DNA of 64,000 nt from Chloroflexota bacterium (GTDB lineage: Bacteria; Chloroflexota; Limnocylindria; Limnocylindrales; CSP1-4). The position numbers were made by a program, and so were the translations under genes. Position 1 is the stretch's first letter. Each line of letters begins with the position of its first letter. A model generated the notes under the pieces. The model was not told where the DNA came from. It did no database searches and saw only the letters and a list, made by a program, of their open reading frames with translations. The stretch is taken from NCBI GenBank assembly GCA_042408535.1, contig JBHORA010000039.1:3419-67418 (forward strand). The letters are read 5' to 3'. Shown in pieces: positions 28,055 to 35,059 of this stretch.

Positions 28055-28989
28055 GTGCTCCTCGCTCAGATCGAAGGCTTCCTCGAGATCGCCCGCCAGG
28101 GCAACCTGAGCCGGGCCGCCGCGACGCTCCACGTCACCCAGCCGGCCCTGACCGCCCGCCTGGCAGGACTCGAGCAGGAGCTCGGCGCGCCGCTCTTCCG
28201 CCGCTCGCACCGGGGCATGGAGCTGACCGACGCCGGCCGGGCCTTCCTTCCCTACGCCGAACGGGCCCTGGCTGCCCTTCGGGACGGTCGTGCCCTCGTC
28301 GTCGAGCTCCGACGCGGAGCTGCCGGGGAGCTCGTCCTCGGCGCTGCGCCCGCGGTGAGCACGTACGTCCTGCCCGGTCTCCTGAGTCGCTACACGCGGC
28401 GCCACCCGTCGGTCCGGCTCGTCGTCCGGACCGGCCACTCGGAGGAGATCGTCGAGCTCGTTCTCCGCGATGAGGTGGCGGTCGGGCTCATCCGGGAGAT
28501 CCGCCATCCCGGACTCGAGATTCGTCCCCTCTACGAAGATCGCCTCGTTCTCGTCGTCCCGCCGGGCCACCCCTTCGCCGCGGAGGGGCAGATCGAGCTG
28601 GCCGAGATCGCCGAGACCCGGATGATCCTCTTCGATCGGACGTCGAGCTACTACGAGCTCACCCACGCCCTCTTTCGGTCGGCCGGGGTCGCTCCGCGGA
28701 GCGTCATCGAGCTCGACAACATCGATGCGGCGAAGCAGATGGTCGGCAGGGGCTCGGCGTCGCGCTCCTACCGGCGACGGCCGTCGCCACCGAGCTCGCC
28801 GACGGTCGGCTCGTCGGGGTGGCGATTCGGGACGCGGTGCCGCCGCGCCGGCGCATCGTCGCCGTCCGGCGGGCCGATGCCGGCCCGATGAGTCAGCCCG
28901 TGGCTGCCTTCTACGAGGTCCTCGGCGGGATCGGGGCGGTCCTGTCCGCGGGGCGACCCGTCGATCCGCGGCTGGAGCCCTCGGCCTGA
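28055..28989 (+). pseudogene. LysR-family transcriptional regulator with an apparent 1-nt frameshift in a G run (28749-28752)
   Basis: The HTH LSRAAATLHVTQPALTARLAGLEQELG is intact. After ...DNIDAAKQMVGR the listed frame turns Arg/Ser-rich. The +1 frame reads GLGVALLPATAVATELADGRLVGVAIRD...VAAFYEVL to TGA 28987-28989. Confidence 0.8.
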
Positions 28990-29387
28990 GGCTCCCGCTC
29001 GGCTCGCTCGCCGGATCCGTCGAGGAGGCAGCGGCCGATCCGGACGAGGGTGTGGCCGAGCCGCGTCCGAAGGGTGGCGGAGCCGCTTCCGCGATCGGGT
29101 CGGCCCCCGGCCCGGGTGGCGTCGGCGGCCCGGGCGCCTTGGCTGGCGCGGGTGGCCTCCGTCGCGCCGGTGGCCTCGGTGGCCCGGGTGGCCTCGGTGG
29201 CCCGGGTGGCCTCGGTAGCCCTGGTGGCCTCGGTGGCCCGGGTGGCCTCGGCGGCCCGGGTGGCCTCGGTGGGCCGGGTGGCACGAGCGGCTCGATGGAG
29301 GGTCCGTTCGAGGGCGATCTGGCGGACGAGGGCGTCTCGCTCGCGATGGAGAATCCAGCCGAGGTGTTCGTGATCGTGGAGCGACAT
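28911..29387 (-). CDS. hypothetical protein containing an (ATEATR)n tandem repeat
   Basis: GGAAGGAA before the ATG. MSLHDHEHLGWILHRERDALVRQIALERTLH.., then ATEATR repeats. The 3' end overlaps the restored LysR frame, so the C-terminal part is doubtful. Confidence 0.4.
   Translation of the reverse strand: MSLHDHEHLGWILHRERDALVRQIALERTLHRAARATRPTEATRAAEATRATEATRATEATRATEATRATEATGATEATRASQGARAADATRAGGRPDRGSGSATLRTRLGHTLVRIGRCLLDGSGERAEREPQAEGSSRGSTGRPADRTAPIPPRTS
29115..29276. repeat. 18-bp tandem repeat, about 9 units (ggtggcctcggtggcccg)
   Basis: Direct reading of 29115-29276. All six frames are open across it. Confidence 0.9.
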
Positions 29388-29431
29388 CGGTTCCTTCCCT
29401 GCCTAAGCCTGCGGACGCCCACACCCTAGCG

Positions 29432-29462
29432 GCCATTCCTGCCACTTTCTGGCAACAATGGC
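29432..29462. promoter_or_regulatory. imperfect palindrome GCCATTCCTGCCA-CTTTC-TGGCAACAATGGC upstream of the WYL regulator
   Basis: 11 of 13 arm positions are complementary. It ends 14 nt before ATG 29477. Confidence 0.4.
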
Positions 29463-29476
29463 GCTAGGATCCGTGC

Positions 29477-30457
29477 ATGCGCGCCAGTCGCCTCGTGGCG
29501 CTCCTCCTCCACCTCCAGAACCGCGGCCGGATGACGGCCGGGGAGCTCGCCGCGGCCCTCGAGGTGTCGCCGCGCACGATCTACCGCGACCTCGAGGCCC
29601 TGAGCGCGGCCGGCATCCCGATCTGGGCGGAACGCGGGCCGGGTGGCGGGATCCAGCTCGTCGAGGGGTATCGCACCCGGCTGACGGGGCTCACGGCGGA
29701 CGAAGCCGCAGCGGTCATGCTCGCTGGCCTGCCGGGACCGGCAGCCGAGCTCGGGCTCGGGACCGTCCTCGCGGCGGCCGAGCTCAAGGTTCTCGCCGCG
29801 CTGCCGCCCGAGCTCCGCGGGCGAGCAGCGCGCATGCGAGCCCGCTTCCACCTCGACGCGCCGGGCTGGTTCCGGGCCGCCGATGCCGTGCCGCACCTGG
29901 CCGGGCTCGCCGAGGCGACGTGGAACGACGAACGCCTCCGCATCCGGTACCGGCGCGACGACGAGGTCGTCGAGCGGACGGTGGAGCCGCTGGGCCTCGT
30001 CCTCAAAGCCGGGTCCTGGTACCTCGTCGCCCGGCGCGACGGGGTGTACCGCACGTACCGGGTGTCGAGGATCGTCGGTGTCGAGTCGACCGGCGAGCGC
30101 TTCGAGCGACCGTCCGACTTCGACCTGGCCACGTACTGGGCGCGGTCGACGGCCAGCCTCGAGGCGGGCCCGGAGGGCAGGCCGCCGTACCCGGTGACCC
30201 TCCGACTGACCGCTGGCGGTGCGGCCGCGCTCGTGGCGATCCTCGGGGAGGCGCGAGCGCGCGTCGCCCTGGACAGCGCCGGGTCCGCCGACGAGGCGGG
30301 CTGGCGAACCGTCGTCGTGGATCTCGAGAGCCCCGGTTGGGCGCACGAGGTCGCGGTCCGTCTGGCCGATCGAGCCGAGGTGCTCGCTCCCTCCGACCTG
30401 AGATTGCGGGTGGTCGAGACGGCTCGGGCGTTCGCCGCTCGGTACGCCGGGGGCTGA
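29477..30457 (+). CDS. WYL-domain transcriptional regulator (HTH-WYL-WCX, YafY-like)
   Basis: MRASRLVALLLHLQNRGRMTAGELAAALEVSPRTIYRDLEALSAAGIPI..; WYL core SWYLVARRDGVYRTYRVSRI. Confidence 0.85.
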   Translation: MRASRLVALLLHLQNRGRMTAGELAAALEVSPRTIYRDLEALSAAGIPIWAERGPGGGIQLVEGYRTRLTGLTADEAAAVMLAGLPGPAAELGLGTVLAAAELKVLAALPPELRGRAARMRARFHLDAPGWFRAADAVPHLAGLAEATWNDERLRIRYRRDDEVVERTVEPLGLVLKAGSWYLVARRDGVYRTYRVSRIVGVESTGERFERPSDFDLATYWARSTASLEAGPEGRPPYPVTLRLTAGGAAALVAILGEARARVALDSAGSADEAGWRTVVVDLESPGWAHEVAVRLADRAEVLAPSDLRLRVVETARAFAARYAGG

Positions 30458-30721
30458 TCGGGGCTGGACGAGGGCGCCTCACCGCGTCGTGAGCGCTCGT
30501 TGCGCCGGTCGACGGCGAGTCGCGCTCGTGCCCGCGTATCGCGGTCGGTGTTCCACCGACGGTCCTGCGCCGGCCCCATCGCTTCTCTCGGTCCGATCGC
30601 GCCGATCGCGCCGCGCCGGTCCCAGCCAGTCCCCGTCGCGGTCTCCGGGCCGAACGCGCGCCGACCGGGCCGCGTGGGTCACGGCCCGGTCCCATCGGGG
30701 CCCTCCGGCGCACCGCACGCC

Positions 30722-30828
30722 GCGCTGCGCCGGTCGCGATCCAGTCATTGCCACCCCTACGACCTCCTCGGACCCGACCGCGGCTCCTGCGCGCGGCGCT
30801 GCGCCGGTCGCGATCCAGTCATTGCCAC
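30722..30828. repeat. perfect 33-bp direct repeat (2 copies, 74 bp apart)
   Basis: gcgctgcgccggtcgcgatccagtcattgccac at 30722-30754 and 30796-30828, inside a 450-bp non-coding leader. Confidence 0.9.
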
Positions 30829-30910
30829 GGCCCTCCGGAGAAGCGCACGCCGAGCTTCTGTCCATTTGTCCCTCGTCAGCCTCGATGCCTCGGAGTATCG
30901 TTGCCGGATC

Positions 30911-31717
30911 ATGGATGAGCGACCGATCGCGGCGACCGAGACGACGAGCGGGTCGGCCGGGTCGAGGACGAGCCTCGCCCTTCGGCCCGAGACTCGCCAC
31001 TGGCTCCTCTCCCTCGCCCGAGCGGCTGTCGGCAGCGCGGCCGAGGCGTACCGGGACGGCCGGCTCGACGAGCTCGAGGAGCGGCTCGCGGGCTACGGGC
31101 CGGCGGGTGGGCAACCGCGCGAGGAGGCCGGTGGGGCAGCGGGCGCGGGGGCGTCGGGTGCGGGGGCGTCGGGTGCGGGGGCGTCGAGCGAGGTGGCTCG
31201 CGACCTCGTTCGGCCGGCGGCCGCCTTCGTGACCCTCACCGTCGGCGGCGAGCTGCGCGGTTGCATGGGCCGGCTCGACGCCGGGCGTCCTCTCTGGGAG
31301 AACGTCCGGGACGCTGCCATCGCTGCCGCGATCGGCGATCCGCGGTTCCCGCCGCTGGCGCCCGAGGAGGTGCCTCGGGTCAGGATCGAGGTTTCGATCC
31401 TCAGTCTGCTGACGGAGATCGCGGACGCCGCCGACTTCGACGCGGAGCGGCACGGCATCGTCGTCGAGGCCGCTGGCCGGCGGGCCCTCCTCCTGCCGAA
31501 GGTCGCTCGGGAGCAGGGTTGGGACGAGGCGGCGACCCTGGCCGCGGTGTGCCGCAAAGCCGGGCTGCCGCCCGAAGCATGGCGCTGGCCGGAGGCCCGC
31601 CTCTGGGTGTTCGAGGCGGAGGACTTCGGCGAGGCGGAGTGGTCGGCGGGTCCGGGCACCGCTGGGGCCGGGACGCGTTCCGCCGGGATCCACTCCGACA
31701 GCGGGGACGAGCGATGA
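30911..31717 (+). CDS. AMMECR1-domain protein
   Basis: AAFVTLTVGGELRGCMGRL...DPRFPPL...VRIEVSILS...GIVVEAAGRRALLLPKVA. Contains a GAGAS x3 insert. Confidence 0.85.
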   Translation: MDERPIAATETTSGSAGSRTSLALRPETRHWLLSLARAAVGSAAEAYRDGRLDELEERLAGYGPAGGQPREEAGGAAGAGASGAGASGAGASSEVARDLVRPAAAFVTLTVGGELRGCMGRLDAGRPLWENVRDAAIAAAIGDPRFPPLAPEEVPRVRIEVSILSLLTEIADAADFDAERHGIVVEAAGRRALLLPKVAREQGWDEAATLAAVCRKAGLPPEAWRWPEARLWVFEAEDFGEAEWSAGPGTAGAGTRSAGIHSDSGDER

Positions 31718-32010
31718 CCGCCTCGCGCCACGTCGTTCGCGACGTCGTCTTCCGCGACCGCTACGGCCTCCACCCTCGAGCCGCAATGCGGATCAGCCAG
31801 ACCGCGGCGCGGTTCGGGGCGCGGATGACCCTCGAAGACCTGACCGCCGGTTCCGCGCCGGTGGAGGTCCGGAGCATGCTCACGCTCGTCGGGGCTGCCA
31901 TCCGGGCCGGCGACCGGGTCCGGGTAGCAGCCGACGGCGAGGATGGCGAGGCCGCCGTCTCGGCGATCGCCGACCTCCTCGAAGGTGGTGTCTGCCACCC
32001 CGGCGGGTAA
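31714..32010 (+). CDS. HPr-like phosphocarrier protein
   Basis: ATGA overlap with the AMMECR1 stop. VVFRDRYGLHPRAAMRISQTAARF (His in the GLH context), RSMLTLVGAAIRAGDRVRVAADGEDGEAAVSAIADLL. Confidence 0.8.
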   Translation: MTASRHVVRDVVFRDRYGLHPRAAMRISQTAARFGARMTLEDLTAGSAPVEVRSMLTLVGAAIRAGDRVRVAADGEDGEAAVSAIADLLEGGVCHPGG

Positions 32011-32078
32011 CCGGCAATCTCGGGGTCAGGGGTTCGGATCCCGAGCGCCATGCGGCCTCCACGTCCACGCCCATCCGT

Positions 32079-32436
32079 CGCGGATGACACTCAGAGCGAA
32101 CAGTACGCGCTCCGTTCCGCCGCCGTGCTCTCGGATGACACCCAGGCCGAACAACACGAGAGGTTCGGCCGCCGCGAACCCCGTTTCTGTTCGCCCTGAG
32201 TGTCACTCGCCGCCGAACCGCGCCCCGACGCCCCGTTCTGTCCGCTCAGGCCGTCAGCCCGTGCGCTCGAGCCCGCCGAACCTGCGTTCTGTTCGGCGAC
32301 AGCGTCACAGCCCGCCAGGAGGACGGCCGCGAACCCCGTTCTGTTCGCCCTGCGTGTCACTCGCCGCCGAACCGCGCCCCGACGCCCCGTTCCGTCCGCT
32401 CAGGCCGTCACGTCCCGCCAGGCTGAGGGCCGAAGC
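32079..32436. repeat. array of seven degenerate repeat units, 51-52 bp period, two forward and five inverted
   Basis: Core copies start at 32085, 32136, 32187, 32238, 32289, 32341 and 32392. 32181-32284 is repeated almost exactly at 32335-32411. Confidence 0.85.
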
Positions 32437-32486
32437 CCCGCCCGACGCCTGACCCGGCACGCCGCGGCCGCCACCCCACGCGGCCG

Positions 32487-33902
32487 TCACCCGCGCCCGA
32501 CCCGGCGATACCGGCGGGCGACCCCCGCGAAGGCCGGCAGCCGGGCCAGGGCAGCCGACAGACGTCCCGGTCGGCCGTCCCGCCGCTCGACCGCGAGGAG
32601 GGCGTCGGCCGTCGAGCTGTCCGCCGGTCGGGCGTCAACGACGGCCACGTCGATCCTGACCCGGCCCGGGTCCGAAACCCCGAGACCGGCGATCTCCTCG
32701 GGGGACGGAGCATCCTCGAAGGCGAGCCGCACCTCCGCTTCGGCCCGCCAGTTCGGCCGCCGGAGGAGGATCGCCCGCCAGAGCCGCCCCACGGCCGGCG
32801 TCACCCGACCCTCTCCCGGCCGTGGTCGACTCGCCAGCGCCTCGCCGCGCGCCCAGCGGGCCGCCTGGTGGAGGAGCGCGTACTCGTCGAGGTCGGCGTA
32901 GTCGGCGAGCCGTTCGACCGGCGAGCCCTCCCCGAAGAGCGCCCGGATCGAAGGCTCGAAGACCTCGGCCAGGTCGAGATCGATGGCCCGCACCGTCCAA
33001 TGGAAGTAGACCTGCTGGTACATGAAAAGCCGCGCCGTGAGGAACATCTCGAGCGCCCCCAGGCCCGGCTCGTAGATCGTCAGGCCCCGGTCGGTGACGA
33101 AGGCGTAGCGCCGGAGCCGCTCGACGTCGACCGGTCCGATGGCGACTCCCGTCAGGTACGCGTCGCGTCGGACGTAGTCGAGGTTGTCGACCGTGAAGAC
33201 CCCAGAGAAGAGCGGCTGGAGCCAGCGGAGCCAGCGCGGCATCGACGGATCGGCGAGGGCGGGCTTGGCGATGAGGTAGGAGACCCAGCGCGGGTCGATC
33301 GCCTCGCCGGGCCCGAAGCGGTCCCGCTCCGGCATGACCCCCGGAGCCCGCCGCAGCCCGGCGATGAGAGGCCCCAGCTCCCGCTCGACGATGAGCTGGC
33401 TCAGGTCCTCGTGGCTGAGGCGCTTCCCGGGTGCGCGGCGCGGATCGGGGGGCGCCTCGAAGGCGGCGAGGACGTGGTCGTCGAAGAAGTGGGCGAAGGG
33501 GCCGTGGCCGACATCGTGGAGGAGCCCGGCGATCCGGAGCGTCTCGACGACGAGACCCTCCGAGGGGATGCTCGCGACCGGTTCGCCGGTGCCGAGCAAG
33601 GCCTCACGAAGCGAGGGGTAGAGGGCGCGCCCCCAGAGACCGGCTTCGTGCATGACGCCCAGGCCGTGGGTGAAGCGGCTGTGTTCGGCGGTCGGGAAGA
33701 CCCAGCGCGCGCTCTGGAGCTGGCTGATCCGGCGCAGCCGCTGGAGCCAGGCCGAATCGAGGAGGTCCTCTTCGGCGACGTCCTCCTCTGGCAGCTCGGC
33801 CCGCCGCGCCTCGGCCGGGCTGAGGCGCTTCGTCAGCTCGAGGTAGCCGTGGATCGGATCGCTGATGAGGTTGACGGCGGCGAACCGCGGATGGCGGCGC
33901 AT
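32487..33902 (-). CDS. HD-domain phosphohydrolase, SAMHD1/EF1143-like (putative dNTP triphosphohydrolase)
   Basis: DPIHGYLEL...RLRRISQLQ...EHSRFTHGLGVMH...AGLLHDVGHGPFAHFFD...VDNLDYVRRDAY. AAGGAG RBS inside the 7-nt gap after the upstream gene. Confidence 0.85.
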   Translation of the reverse strand: MRRHPRFAAVNLISDPIHGYLELTKRLSPAEARRAELPEEDVAEEDLLDSAWLQRLRRISQLQSARWVFPTAEHSRFTHGLGVMHEAGLWGRALYPSLREALLGTGEPVASIPSEGLVVETLRIAGLLHDVGHGPFAHFFDDHVLAAFEAPPDPRRAPGKRLSHEDLSQLIVERELGPLIAGLRRAPGVMPERDRFGPGEAIDPRWVSYLIAKPALADPSMPRWLRWLQPLFSGVFTVDNLDYVRRDAYLTGVAIGPVDVERLRRYAFVTDRGLTIYEPGLGALEMFLTARLFMYQQVYFHWTVRAIDLDLAEVFEPSIRALFGEGSPVERLADYADLDEYALLHQAARWARGEALASRPRPGEGRVTPAVGRLWRAILLRRPNWRAEAEVRLAFEDAPSPEEIAGLGVSDPGRVRIDVAVVDARPADSSTADALLAVERRDGRPGRLSAALARLPAFAGVARRYRRVGRG

Positions 33903-33909
33903 CCGCTCC

Positions 33910-34917
33910 TTACCCCTCGCCGTAGCGGGCCAGGGCGGCCTGGAGGGTCCGGGCGACGTCGGCCCGCAGCGCGGGCGGGGCGAGGACCTCGACGTCGGCT
34001 CCCCAGCCGAGGATCCAGAGCTTGATCTCGTGGGTCCCGGCCACCCGCGCCCGCCAGAGGAGCGAGCCGTCGGCGCCCTCTTCGACGACCTGGGTCGGAT
34101 GCCAGGTCGCCTCCTGGACCCGCGCCGCGACCATCGGCGAGAAGCGAAGGACGACCTCCACCTCGGGCTGGTCGCCGATGATGTCCCAGGCCCGCAGGAG
34201 CGTCCGCTGGAGGGCGTCGGCGTTCGGTGGCTCGAAGGTCTCCGGGCTGACCGAGAGCGCTTCGATCCGCTCCACCTTGAAGGTCCGGAGGGCGCCGCGG
34301 TCCTCGTCGTGGCCGATGAGGTAGAGGGCATGGGTCTGGAGCGAAGGCTCGAGGAGGTAGGGCCGGACCCGAGCCTCCCGTGGCTCTCGCTCGGCACCCT
34401 CGTAGCGGGCCGGGACGTAGCGGAAGGTGACCTTCCGTCGCTCCGCCCAGGCCCGGACGAGGTCGTGAACGTGGCGGTTGAAGCGTGGATCCGTTCGGCG
34501 GCTGGCGAGGACGGTGAGCGTCCGCTCGACATGTTCGCGAAGGGGGATCGGGAGGACCTCCTCGAGCTTCTGGAAGGCAGCCGCGAGCTCCGGGTCGTAC
34601 TTGTCGGCGTAGCGGGCCATGAGCCGCGCCGAGAGGACGACGGCCATCGCCTCGCCGAGGGTCAGATTCAGGGGCGGCAGGAAAGTCTCACCCTCGACGC
34701 CCCAGCGACCCTGCTCGTTCCAGACGGCGGCCCCGATCTCGGTCTCGAGAGCCCGAAGGTCGCGGTAGGCCGTCCGCCGAGAGACGCCGACCCGGCGGGC
34801 GATCTCGTCGATGGCGACGCCCCGCTCGCCGTGGGAGCGGAGGACCGAGAGGACGCGGTAGAAGCGGGCCAGGCGATCGCGTTTCCCGTTCGAGCCTCGG
34901 CCGTCGCCGTCGATCAT
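33910..34917 (-). CDS. WYL-domain transcriptional regulator
   Basis: GGAGGAG before the ATG (rc 34915-34917). RLARFYRVLSVLRSHGERGVAIDEIARRVGVSRRTAYRDLRALE; WYL core ALYLIGHDEDRGALRTFKVERI; C-terminal WCX-like. Confidence 0.85.
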   Translation of the reverse strand: MIDGDGRGSNGKRDRLARFYRVLSVLRSHGERGVAIDEIARRVGVSRRTAYRDLRALETEIGAAVWNEQGRWGVEGETFLPPLNLTLGEAMAVVLSARLMARYADKYDPELAAAFQKLEEVLPIPLREHVERTLTVLASRRTDPRFNRHVHDLVRAWAERRKVTFRYVPARYEGAEREPREARVRPYLLEPSLQTHALYLIGHDEDRGALRTFKVERIEALSVSPETFEPPNADALQRTLLRAWDIIGDQPEVEVVLRFSPMVAARVQEATWHPTQVVEEGADGSLLWRARVAGTHEIKLWILGWGADVEVLAPPALRADVARTLQAALARYGEG

Positions 34918-34939
34918 CGCTCCTCCGGGCTTGCCGTTC

Positions 34940-34954
34940 CGTCCGCGTCGGACG
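34940..34954. promoter_or_regulatory. palindrome CGTCCG-CGT-CGGACG upstream of the WYL-HD operon
   Basis: 6-bp arms, 23 nt upstream of the start codon at 34917. Confidence 0.3.
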
Positions 34955-35059
34955 TCATCGCCTTCATTCTGCCACCCGAGGGAGCGACGGAGGCACTGGC
35001 CACTGCAGCACCAGATCGTCGGGGCCGACCGCGGCCCGACGGCCACGACCTCGCCCACA

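Noticed and set aside
32097-32193. Reading GAAC...GTTC elements of the central array as LexA/Cheo SOS boxes.
   Set aside because: The spacing between half-sites (10 nt or more) does not fit the GAAC-N4-GTTC or TCGAAC-N4-GTTCGA consensus.
32079-32436. CRISPR array interpretation of the central repeats (and of 59008-59263).
   Set aside because: The repeats are degenerate, and two units are inverted relative to the others. The inter-repeat segments are themselves repeated. The 59-kb array has a period of only 20-23 bp with no spacers. No cas genes are present in the window.
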